From Thermoplasmatota archaeon (GTDB lineage: Archaea > Thermoplasmatota > Thermoplasmata > UBA10834): a stretch of DNA of 64,000 bases. Under the pieces are notes generated by a model. That model was not told the DNA's origin. It saw only the letters and a program-made list of their open reading frames with translations, and did not search any database. A program made the position numbers and the translations under genes. The stretch lies in assembly GCA_040751795.1 (NCBI GenBank), contig JBFMHR010000003.1, forward strand, positions 128,001-192,000. The letters run 5' to 3'. This document shows, piece after piece, positions 20,387 to 28,778 of this stretch (position 1 is the stretch's first letter; every line of letters begins with the position of its first letter).

Positions 20387-21850
20387 TCACTTCCTGAGCT
20401 TCTCGAGTTCCTTCTCGCCCATGCGGTCCCTGGGCATGATCCTCTTCATGCCGGCCATCATGTCCATGCCGAAGTTCATCAGGAACGCCGGCATCGATAT
20501 GCCCCACCTGGTGCCCGTCTCGACGAGCTTCCCGGGGTTCATGACCTCGTAGGGGTCCATGGCCTTCTTCAGGGTGCGTATGAGCTCCGCCCCGTCCTTG
20601 CCGCGCACCCTCGCGAGGTTCGCCGCGAAGAATATCCCGAGGCCGACCGGCCTCCCGCCGTGCTCGAAGGCTATGTCGCCGAGCTTCTTCCCGAAGCCCA
20701 TGGCCGCGGTCGAGCGCCAGAAGTTGCTCTCCTCGGTGAGGTAGTACGGCATGAACATGGCGGTGTTGTTGTCGGCGATGGTGCCGATGGTCGGGGCCTT
20801 GAGCTTCATCGTCCTCACGAGCTTCGCCATGTCCGCGAGGACCTTCTCGAAGGAGTCTATGGGGACCAGGATCTCGCCGGGTATGGCCCCGACGCCCATC
20901 TCCCTGACCCTGAACTCGTAGCTCCTCTCGGACCACTCGTGCTCGGCGACCTCCTTCGGCATCTTGGCGCCGCCGGACTCGGCGACGATCTCGTCGAGCG
21001 CCTTCTCCTCGACGTCGACGGACGCCTTCGACCCCGTGAGGGCCATGGTGACCATGCACCCCACGTCGGGGGCGTGCTTGCCCAGGCCCCTGAGGTAGTC
21101 GAAGTGCAGCCTGTCGCCGAACATGATGTGCATCGGCGTGACGCCGCTCCTCACTATCTTCCTCATCGCCGGCGCGAACTTGCCCAGGTCCTCGAAGGAG
21201 TAGGCGACGGTCCTCATCTCCTCGGGCTTGGGGAGGACCGCGAGGGTGACCTCCGTGATGACCCCGAGGATGCCCTCGGAGCCGACGAACAGCCAGTTCA
21301 GGTTGGGCCCGCCGCCGTTGGCCGGGACCCGCTTGTCCCCTGTGTGGATCGTGACCCCGGTCGGCAGGACGACCTCGAGGTCCCTCACCAGGTCCCCCCC
21401 GGTCCCGTACTTGTAGGCGCCGATCCCGGTCCCGCCGGTGCCGAGCCACCCGCCTATCGTGGCGGACGGCGCGCTGCTCGGGTAGCACGGGAGGAAGAGC
21501 CCCTTCGCGTCGAGGGCGTCGGAGAGCGCCTTCCAGGTGATGCCGGGCTGCACCGTGGCCGTGAGGTTCTTCTCGTCGATGGAGACGACCTTGTTCATGG
21601 CGGTCATGTCGAGGACGTAGCCGCCCTTGACCGGGACGGAGCCGCCCAGGCCCCATGTCCCCGCGCCCCTGGGCACGATGGGCTTCTTGGTGGCGATGGC
21701 CTTCCTGACCATCTGGGCGACCTCCTCGGTGTGCCCGGGCCGGATGACCTGGTCGGGCATGGTCTTGAAGAGCGCGTCCATCTCCTTCGGGAGCGGCGCC
21801 AAGTCATGGCTGTACAGTCTCCTCTCGAGTTTGTCGTCCGACGTCTCCAT
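20387..21850 (-). CDS. FAD-binding oxidoreductase (GlcD / D-lactate dehydrogenase-like)
   Basis: PRGAGT, ATIGG, GSEGILGVIT, DP..MNPGK. Confidence 0.88.
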   Translation of the reverse strand: METSDDKLERRLYSHDLAPLPKEMDALFKTMPDQVIRPGHTEEVAQMVRKAIATKKPIVPRGAGTWGLGGSVPVKGGYVLDMTAMNKVVSIDEKNLTATVQPGITWKALSDALDAKGLFLPCYPSSAPSATIGGWLGTGGTGIGAYKYGTGGDLVRDLEVVLPTGVTIHTGDKRVPANGGGPNLNWLFVGSEGILGVITEVTLAVLPKPEEMRTVAYSFEDLGKFAPAMRKIVRSGVTPMHIMFGDRLHFDYLRGLGKHAPDVGCMVTMALTGSKASVDVEEKALDEIVAESGGAKMPKEVAEHEWSERSYEFRVREMGVGAIPGEILVPIDSFEKVLADMAKLVRTMKLKAPTIGTIADNNTAMFMPYYLTEESNFWRSTAAMGFGKKLGDIAFEHGGRPVGLGIFFAANLARVRGKDGAELIRTLKKAMDPYEVMNPGKLVETGTRWGISMPAFLMNFGMDMMAGMKRIMPRDRMGEKELEKLRK

Positions 21851-22050
21851 TATTAACACCTGACTAGAGCGTGATGGAGGCCTTGTCCTGCCTCCCCCGA
21901 CGGTGGAAAGCGGTCATCCCCAATAAAGATATACGCCGCCGACGCCCGGTCGCCGCCCGGCCGGGGGCGGCGGCCCCGCCCGCCGGCGGCATCACGTCGA
22001 AAGGTTCTTATCGCAATCACCCTTGGACGGGTTGGGGAGTGAGACACACC

Positions 22051-22923
22051 ATGCACTCGACGCTCCGCACACTGGGGCTCTTCGCGGCCCTTATGCTCCT
22101 ATTCGTCGGGATAGGATACGTCGTGGGCGGGTATTTCTACGGCGACTGGGTCACCGGGTCCCTGGTATTCCTCGCGATCGCCGCCGCGATGAACCTGATT
22201 AGCTACTTCTTCAGCGGCAGGATCGTCCTGTGGTCCTACAAGGCGAAGATCGTGACCGAGGCGGAGGCCCCGCGGCTCTACAACATAGTGAAGAAGGTCG
22301 CCATGAAGGGCGACCTGCCCATGCCTAAGGTCGCCATAGTGCCGAGCCAGAACCCCAACGCCTTCGCCACGGGGAGGAACAAGGACAACGCAGTCGTCGC
22401 CGTGACGGAGGGGATACTCACCCTCCTGACGGACGACGAGCTCGAGGGGGTGCTGGCCCACGAGATGGCCCATGTCAGGAACCGGGACATACTCGTGATG
22501 TCCGCGGCGGCGACCATAGCCGGGGCGATATCCTTCGCCGGCCGGATGTTCTGGTACAACTCCATGTTCGGCAGGGGCAGGGGCAACGACAACGCGGCGC
22601 TGCTCCTCATAGTGGCGGTGACGGCGCCCATAGCCGCCCTGCTGCTGCAGCTGGCCATTTCCAGGAACAGGGAGTACAAGGCGGACAGGGAGGGCTCGCT
22701 CATGATCCAGAGGCCGAGGGCGCTCGCGCGCGCCCTGGCCAAGCTGGAGGAGGGCAACAGGCGCAGGCCCATGGAGAGGGGGAACCCCGCCACGTCCACG
22801 CTGTTCATAGTCAACCCGTTCAGGGGCGGCGGGCTCGTCTCGATCTTCATGACGCACCCGCCGGTGAAGGCGAGGATAAGGAGGCTGGAGGAGCTCGCCG
22901 AGCAGACCGGCTACATCGCCTGA
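22051..22923 (+). CDS. htpX: Zn metalloprotease HtpX (M48)
   Basis: NAFATG, HEMAH, SRNREYKAD, THPP. Confidence 0.95.
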   Translation: MHSTLRTLGLFAALMLLFVGIGYVVGGYFYGDWVTGSLVFLAIAAAMNLISYFFSGRIVLWSYKAKIVTEAEAPRLYNIVKKVAMKGDLPMPKVAIVPSQNPNAFATGRNKDNAVVAVTEGILTLLTDDELEGVLAHEMAHVRNRDILVMSAAATIAGAISFAGRMFWYNSMFGRGRGNDNAALLLIVAVTAPIAALLLQLAISRNREYKADREGSLMIQRPRALARALAKLEEGNRRRPMERGNPATSTLFIVNPFRGGGLVSIFMTHPPVKARIRRLEELAEQTGYIA

Positions 22924-22926
22924 GCG

Positions 22927-24219
22927 CTAGCCGACCTTCTCCCACTTCTCGAGCTTCATCACGCTGGAGAGCGTGCCGCCCCGCTGTATCTCCTCGCGGA
23001 CCCGGTTCTCCCGCTCCATGACGTCCAGGGCGCGGTTGGCCACCTCGAGCGCGCTCTCCTGCGGCACGACGACCACCCCGCTCTCGTCGCCCACGACCCA
23101 GTCCCCCGTCCTGACGGTCACGCCGCCGCACACTATCTCGTGCCCTATCCCGCCGTAGCCCTTGGGCTCCCCGGCGTTGGACGCTATGTGCCTGGAGAAG
23201 CAGGGGAACCCCATGTCGGCGATGGAGTCGATGTCCCTCGCGGCCCCGTCGATGACGACGCCGGCGACCCCCTTGGTCTTGCAGCTCCAGGAGGCCAGCT
23301 CCCCCCAGACCGCGACCTCGCCCCCGCAGGCGTCTATGACTATCACGTCGCCCTTGGACGCCCTGTCGATGGACTCCACGGGCTTCGCCCAGTCGCCGCT
23401 GACCGTCTGGACCGTCAGGGCCCTGCCGACCATCCGCACGTTGCGGCCGGTCCTGGGCAGTATGCCCTTCATGGCGCCCATCTTGTGCTGGGCGTCGGCC
23501 ACGTTGGGGGACGAGACCTTGGAGAACGCCTCCAGGAGGCTGTCGGCCGAGTACTTCTTGAAGAGGTCGGTCCCGACGGCCCTCCTCTCCGACAGAGCGG
23601 TCTTCACCGCGGCCGCCGCGGCCGTCACGTCCCTCGCCTTGATGATCGCCCCGCCGACTATGATTATCGAAGCCCCGGCCGAGAGCACGGCGGCGGCGGA
23701 CTCGCTGTTGATGCCCCCGGCCGCGGCCACGGGTATCCCGACGGCCTCCGCGACGCCCCTGAGCTCCGCGAGGGGCGAGCCTCCGACCATCTGCTCGTCG
23801 ACGCCGACATGGACGCACACATACGACGCGCCCATCTCCTCGGCCCTCCTGGCCCTCGCGGGCTTGTCCGCGACGTTGAAGAGGTCGACCATGACCTTCG
23901 CGCCGTACTGCCTGGCGCTCAGGACCGCCTCGGTTATCGTGGGGTCGGACGACAGGCCGAGGACCACGACGACGTCCGCGCCGGCCTTCGCCGCGATCTC
24001 CACCTCCGCCCCGCCCACGTCGATGGTCTTCATGTCCGCGACCACTGTGTTCCGCGGGAAGGCCTTCTTGAGCTGCCTGACTATCTCGACCCCCTCGCTC
24101 TTGATGAGGGGTGTCCCCGCCTCTATCCAATCCGCGCCGCCCCTGACCGCCTCGCGCGCGATCTGCAGCGCCCGGTCCCCGTGGACCAGGTCCAAGGCGA
24201 CCTGAATCACAGGCTCCAT
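22927..24219 (-). CDS. 3-hexulose-6-phosphate synthase fused to an RraA-like domain
   Basis: QVALD, EAGTPLIK, ADMKTID, HVGVDEQ; C-terminal AVWGEL...DGAARD...GDESGVVVVP. Confidence 0.9.
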   Translation of the reverse strand: MEPVIQVALDLVHGDRALQIAREAVRGGADWIEAGTPLIKSEGVEIVRQLKKAFPRNTVVADMKTIDVGGAEVEIAAKAGADVVVVLGLSSDPTITEAVLSARQYGAKVMVDLFNVADKPARARRAEEMGASYVCVHVGVDEQMVGGSPLAELRGVAEAVGIPVAAAGGINSESAAAVLSAGASIIIVGGAIIKARDVTAAAAAVKTALSERRAVGTDLFKKYSADSLLEAFSKVSSPNVADAQHKMGAMKGILPRTGRNVRMVGRALTVQTVSGDWAKPVESIDRASKGDVIVIDACGGEVAVWGELASWSCKTKGVAGVVIDGAARDIDSIADMGFPCFSRHIASNAGEPKGYGGIGHEIVCGGVTVRTGDWVVGDESGVVVVPQESALEVANRALDVMERENRVREEIQRGGTLSSVMKLEKWEKVG

Positions 24220-24329
24220 CGAGGCCAAACACCCACCTGCCTTGATAAAAACGTGTCGTACGCACGCGCGCGTGCCCCGCGCGCGCACTGGAAACAATAA
24301 TATGCGGACCACGGCATTCTCAAGGAACG

Positions 24330-25082
24330 ATGCCCCCCCGGACAGGCGAAAGGGAGAGATGCGTCACCGGAATCGACGGGCTAGACACCATACTGTACGG
24401 CGGCATCCCGAGGGACAACACGGTCCTCCTCACTGGAAGTTGCGGGACGGGCAAGACCTCCCTCGCCCTCGAGTACCTCATCCACGGCGCCGTGGCGGGG
24501 GAGAACTCTCTGTTCATAAGCGTCACGGAGGACTCCGAGAAGCTCCTCGCCAACATCATCCCGTACAAGTTCTTCGACCAGCAGCTCGTGAAGTCGGGCA
24601 GGCTGGTCTTCATAGACCTCCCCGCGATGTACGAGCGCCTGGGGATGACGAAGGCGGAGCTGACCATGGAGGAGATCGACCTCCTCGTCGCGGCCATAGC
24701 GAGCCTCGTGAAGGAGCTCGGGACCAAGAGGCTCGTGATGGACTCCATCACCTCCGTGTGCTACAAGCTGAAGACGCCCGAGAAGATCAGGGACTTCATA
24801 CTCAAGCTGAGCAAGTCCCTCTCCGACCTCCGCTGCACCTCGATACTGGTGAGCGAGGTCGCGGCCAACTCGGAGGCGTACTCGACCTTCGGCGTCGAGG
24901 AGGCCATATCCGACGGGATAGTCCTCATGGCCAACATGGAGCGAAGGGGCGACCTGCTCAGGACCCTCCAGGTCATCAAGATGAGGGGGACGATGCACAG
25001 CAGGGCGAAGTACGTGCTGGACCTGACGCCCATGGGCGTGCTGCTGGTCCCGCTGCTCAAGGGAGGGAGCTCTGCGACATGA
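24330..25082 (+). CDS. KaiC/RAD55-like ATPase with intact motifs
   Basis: TGIDGLD, GSCGTGKT, RLVMDS, VIKMRGT. Confidence 0.9.
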   Translation: MPPRTGERERCVTGIDGLDTILYGGIPRDNTVLLTGSCGTGKTSLALEYLIHGAVAGENSLFISVTEDSEKLLANIIPYKFFDQQLVKSGRLVFIDLPAMYERLGMTKAELTMEEIDLLVAAIASLVKELGTKRLVMDSITSVCYKLKTPEKIRDFILKLSKSLSDLRCTSILVSEVAANSEAYSTFGVEEAISDGIVLMANMERRGDLLRTLQVIKMRGTMHSRAKYVLDLTPMGVLLVPLLKGGSSAT

Positions 25083-25666
25083 CCGACACAAGGGTGGCGG
25101 GGAGCATCGCGAGGCAGCTGGGCGAGCTCGCGCCCGGCTCGGCCGTGTCGCTGCAGATGAGCGTGGACAGCTACCTGGACGTCATGCGCGGCATCATAGA
25201 CATGCACGCCAACAAGCGCGACATGGACACCATCTACGTGACGGCCACGATATCGTTCGAGGCGATCAAGCGCGTCATGCAGGCACTGGACATCGACACC
25301 TCGAGGGTGTACTTCGTGGACTGCATCTCGCACATAATGATGGGGACGGCCGCCGCCCAGAAGGACGAGCACGCCTCCCTCGTCGAGAGCCCGACGATGC
25401 TGGAGAACATCATGCTCAAGGTGGAGTACCTCATCAGGCGCTCCCAGTCGAAGGAGAAGCTGGTGGTCATAGACTCGATCAACTCCCTCGCGATACACAA
25501 CAACAACTGGATCCTGTCGGAGTTCCTGCACATACTGGTCTCGGGCCTGAGGTCCAAGGAGGCCTACACGGTCATACTGACGGTGGAGGAGCACACGACC
25601 CCGGAGATATCGAACATGGTGAACCTCGTGTGCGACCAGGGCATACGCGCCGGGAAGGAGGAGTGA
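25079..25666 (+). CDS. Inactivated KaiC-fold protein
   Basis: No Walker A; IYVT, YFVDCIS, VVIDSINSL, CDQGI; translationally coupled to the upstream gene. Confidence 0.75.
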   Translation: MTDTRVAGSIARQLGELAPGSAVSLQMSVDSYLDVMRGIIDMHANKRDMDTIYVTATISFEAIKRVMQALDIDTSRVYFVDCISHIMMGTAAAQKDEHASLVESPTMLENIMLKVEYLIRRSQSKEKLVVIDSINSLAIHNNNWILSEFLHILVSGLRSKEAYTVILTVEEHTTPEISNMVNLVCDQGIRAGKEE

Positions 25667-25667
25667 G

Positions 25668-26393
25668 ATGAAGCTCACGAGCATGGGCGTGCCCGCGCTC
25701 GACGACCACCTCGGCGGGGGCGTGCAGAAGGGCTCGACGGTCCTGGTCGTGGGCGGGCCCGGCTCAGGGACGGAGTTCTTCGCGAAGCAGTTCGCCTCCA
25801 CGGGGCAGGAGCCCGTGACCTACTTCACCTCGACCGAGAGGGACGAGGACGTCGTCAACATCATGCGCGAGCACGGGTGGAGGACGGACATCAAGATAGT
25901 GAACATAGGGAGCAAGTACTACGAGGGCGTGCTCGCGAAGAAGCTCGAGATCAGCCGGTTCAGGCAGGAGGGGATAACCCTGAGCGACATCAGGCGGCTG
26001 AAGGACAAGGACCCGCACCGGGAGGAGAACTTCCTCACGTTCCTGTCGTACGAGATATCGAAGCTCACCCCGCCCTTCAGGGTCGTCATCAACTCCCTCG
26101 ACTTCTTCCTCGAGAACTACGACAGCGCGGAGGTCCTGATGGCCATGAGGACCATCAAGGCCCACACCCAGCACTCGGAGAGCCTCACGCTGATGACGGT
26201 GCTGAAAGGGGTGCACGCCTCGCGCATCCAGAGCAGCATAGAGGACCTCGCGGACGTCATCTTCGAGCTCGACAGGGAGAAGATCGGCCAGGAGTTCAAG
26301 AAGTACATAGTGGTCCAGAAGGTCAGGAACAGGCCGGGCCTCGTGGGCATACTGCCGTGCGCCTTCGACCAGAGCGGGATCAGGACCTGCTGA
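25668..26393 (+). CDS. KaiC/RAD55-like protein with degenerate Walker A
   Basis: GVPALDDHLGGG, GPGSGTE (Lys lost), VINSLD, VQKVRN. Confidence 0.85.
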   Translation: MKLTSMGVPALDDHLGGGVQKGSTVLVVGGPGSGTEFFAKQFASTGQEPVTYFTSTERDEDVVNIMREHGWRTDIKIVNIGSKYYEGVLAKKLEISRFRQEGITLSDIRRLKDKDPHREENFLTFLSYEISKLTPPFRVVINSLDFFLENYDSAEVLMAMRTIKAHTQHSESLTLMTVLKGVHASRIQSSIEDLADVIFELDREKIGQEFKKYIVVQKVRNRPGLVGILPCAFDQSGIRTC

Positions 26394-26468
26394 GGCGCCC
26401 GGACCCCCTATTTAAGAAACGGCGTTAATTCGGCGAAAGGCGACGTTTTCTCCACGGCCCCCTCTTAT

Positions 26469-26488
26469 AAGAAGACTAGAGTCTTCTT
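26469..26488. promoter_or_regulatory. Inverted repeat AAGAAGACT-AG-AGTCTTCTT upstream of the pilin gene
   Basis: Perfect 9-bp inverted repeat about 90 bp upstream of the GAAAGCTATATAAG BRE/TATA element. Confidence 0.45.
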
Positions 26489-26643
26489 GGAGTTTAAGAA
26501 CCTGCGACATGTCCAGATGTCTCACTTCGGCGCTAGTCGATTCCGCTGACGCTCGAAGTTGATAACGGGCCGGAAAGCTATATAAGCGCGGCTTTGCGGT
26601 TATAATCTCCACGCGGGCCGAAAGGTCCGCAGGAGGACAGAAC

Positions 26644-27159
26644 ATGAAGAAGATTTGGGCAGTCCGGAAGGACTCCGAAGCCGTGTCGCCCGTCATCGCG
26701 ACCATCCTGATGGTGGCGATCACGGTCGTGTTGGCCGCAGTGCTGTACGTGATGGTACTGGGGTTCGGCACGGACACGTCTAGCACGCCGACGACGACCT
26801 TGAGCGACACCGCGATCACGAACGGCGTCAAGGTGACGTTCGGCGCGGTGAACCAGGACATAGGCTGGGACCAGATATCGTTCCTGCTGTCTGACGGCAC
26901 GAACTCCGGCGGCTGGTCGAACCTGACCGTCGACATGCTGGATGACGGTCTGGGCGACACCCAGACGATGCAGACCCTGACACTCGGCTCACTCACCGTG
27001 AGCTTCGTGATCCAGGACCTGTCTGGCAACGGCAAGGCGGACCAGGGCGACAACATCAAGCTGACCGCTTCGTCCTTCTCGGCTGCCGCGACCTACACCT
27101 TTACCGCCATATACGAGTCTACTGACGGTAACATGGGCGAGTGCACCTTCTCCGGGTGA
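26644..27159 (+). CDS. Archaeal type IV pilin (class III signal peptide)
   Basis: RKDSEA/VSPVIATILMVAITVVLAAVLY; AGGAGG SD; strong TATA box; Ser/Thr/Gly-rich body. Confidence 0.92.
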   Translation: MKKIWAVRKDSEAVSPVIATILMVAITVVLAAVLYVMVLGFGTDTSSTPTTTLSDTAITNGVKVTFGAVNQDIGWDQISFLLSDGTNSGGWSNLTVDMLDDGLGDTQTMQTLTLGSLTVSFVIQDLSGNGKADQGDNIKLTASSFSAAATYTFTAIYESTDGNMGECTFSG

Positions 27160-27274
27160 TAGCCACCTGGTGAGGCCGCTCGAGCCGTGAAAACCCCTTC
27201 CCCGTTTCTCATTTTCCCTCTGCTCCGGGCGCGAGCCACGTCCGGCAACCTAGTTATCCCCTCCCGCGCATCAC

Positions 27275-27520
27275 GTGCGCGTGGCGCGGAAGGGAAGCCC
27301 GCTCAAGGTGATGGCGCCGTCGGAGGCCGAGGACTACGTCCTCGGGTTGCTCAGGGAACGCGGCCCCATGACGACGATGGAGGTCGAGAAGGCCGCAGCC
27401 TCGGGAGGGAGGAGGTGCCCCGACCAGACGGTGCTCTTCCTGACGAAGATGCGGAGCAGAGGCCTCGTCCGCGGCGAGGTCTCGCAGGAGCGCCGCGGGT
27501 GGCTGTGGAGCCTCCCGTGA
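27275..27520 (+). CDS. Small winged-helix protein
   Basis: LLRERGPMTT.EVE...FLTKMRSRGLVRGE...GWLWS. Confidence 0.65.
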   Translation: MRVARKGSPLKVMAPSEAEDYVLGLLRERGPMTTMEVEKAAASGGRRCPDQTVLFLTKMRSRGLVRGEVSQERRGWLWSLP

Positions 27521-27523
27521 GGC

Positions 27524-27958
27524 TCAGGTCCCGCCGGGCCTGTCGTAGGTTATGACCGCGGTGTGCGCCACCTGGTCCATCCACTTCTGCCTCGGGTCCT
27601 TCGTGTCCACGGCCATGCCTATGAGCCAGTCGAGGAACAGGAACAGGGGGAACACCTTCGAGAAGTTCCTCAGCAGCGCCTGCGACGGGGACATGGTCCC
27701 GTGGAGGGGCACGGCCTTCATGTGCATGGCCATCTTGCCCACTGTGCCGCCCACGGTCGACTCGAAGAGGAACGCGTACATGAACAGCGCCACGCCCGCG
27801 AAGAACCCCGGGAACATGTAGGGGTACCCGAGGACCGCCCCCACGAGCCATATGGGGGTGTACACGATCACGAAGTCTATGACGACCGCGACGAACCGCT
27901 TGACCCAGTGCTCCTGCAGGGCTTTGTCCTGGCTGAGGTAGTCGAACCCGGTAACCAT
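27524..27958 (-). CDS. RDD family membrane protein
   Basis: KRFVAVVID, TVGK, LLRN, QKWMDQVAHTAV. Confidence 0.88.
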   Translation of the reverse strand: MVTGFDYLSQDKALQEHWVKRFVAVVIDFVIVYTPIWLVGAVLGYPYMFPGFFAGVALFMYAFLFESTVGGTVGKMAMHMKAVPLHGTMSPSQALLRNFSKVFPLFLFLDWLIGMAVDTKDPRQKWMDQVAHTAVITYDRPGGT

Positions 27959-28004
27959 CCTCGTCCCTCCTCTCGACGCCCCGCGGGCAGGGCCCGCAGG
28001 GGCA

Positions 28005-28064
28005 GCCACTCCGATCGCCCGTCTCTCATCACAGAGTCAGCGAATGTGTCTTCGTCATCGTGGC
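28005..28064 (-). ncRNA. C/D box methylation guide sRNA
   Basis: Minus strand reads GCCAC-G-ATGACGA(C)-AGACACATTCG-CTGA(D')-CTCT-GTGATGA(C')-GAGACGGGCGAT-CGGA(D)-GTGGC; terminal stem GCCAC/GTGGC; TATA-like TTCTTAAA about 25 nt upstream. Confidence 0.85.
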
Positions 28065-28144
28065 GTCATCGTATATCCGTCGACCCTTTAAGAACCCTTC
28101 CGCCTGGATTGGATGAAATAGTACGTGCGCCTCTCCACGTCCCG

Positions 28145-28660
28145 ATGGCCCCGGCACGCCTGTACATCGTGATGGCGCACGAGGACGACCCGAGGAGGTG
28201 CACCGCCGCCCGCATGGTGCGGTTCGGCGAGGCGAGGGAGACATCCGCGGGCCGGGCCCCGAGGGGCGCCATCGTGCTCGACCCGTCCGCCGAGAAGTCC
28301 ATATCCGCGGAGGACAGGGAGGCCGCGCTCAGGTTCGGGCTCCTGGCCCTCGACTGCTCGTGGAACCGGCTCAACGAGTTCCCGAGGGTCAGGTCGGGGC
28401 TCAGGCACAGGGCCCTCCCGTTCGTGGTGCCGACGAACCCGACCAACTTCGGCAAGGCCCAGAGGCTCAGCACCGCCGAGGCCTTCGCGGCCGCGCTTTA
28501 CATACTCGGAGAGCCGGGGCAGGCCGAGGCGATAATGTCCAGGTTCAAATGGGGCCCCTCGTTCATCCCGATGAACAGGGCGGCCCTCGACCTTTACGCC
28601 GCTGCGAGGGACAGCTCGGAGGTCGTCAAGATACAGAACGAGCTGCTAGGCGTAGGCTGA
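28145..28660 (+). CDS. tsr3: 16S rRNA aminocarboxypropyltransferase Tsr3 (DUF367)
   Basis: DDPRRCTA, LDCSW, RALPF..PTNPTNFGK, LSTAEA, FKWG. Confidence 0.93.
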   Translation: MAPARLYIVMAHEDDPRRCTAARMVRFGEARETSAGRAPRGAIVLDPSAEKSISAEDREAALRFGLLALDCSWNRLNEFPRVRSGLRHRALPFVVPTNPTNFGKAQRLSTAEAFAAALYILGEPGQAEAIMSRFKWGPSFIPMNRAALDLYAAARDSSEVVKIQNELLGVG

Positions 28661-28778
28661 CTGTATAGGCAGGATATAGGCTGACAAACCCTTTTGTACG
28701 GAACATCCATACCCGTAGTCCCTTCTCCGAAAGCGTGGACGGAGGGCCTGTCATCGAAGTTCAACGGGGGGACGAGCA

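Noticed and set aside
28653-28685. TAGGCTGAC direct repeats upstream of mcm
   Set aside because: Only two short copies, one overlapping the tsr3 stop codon; too weak to call
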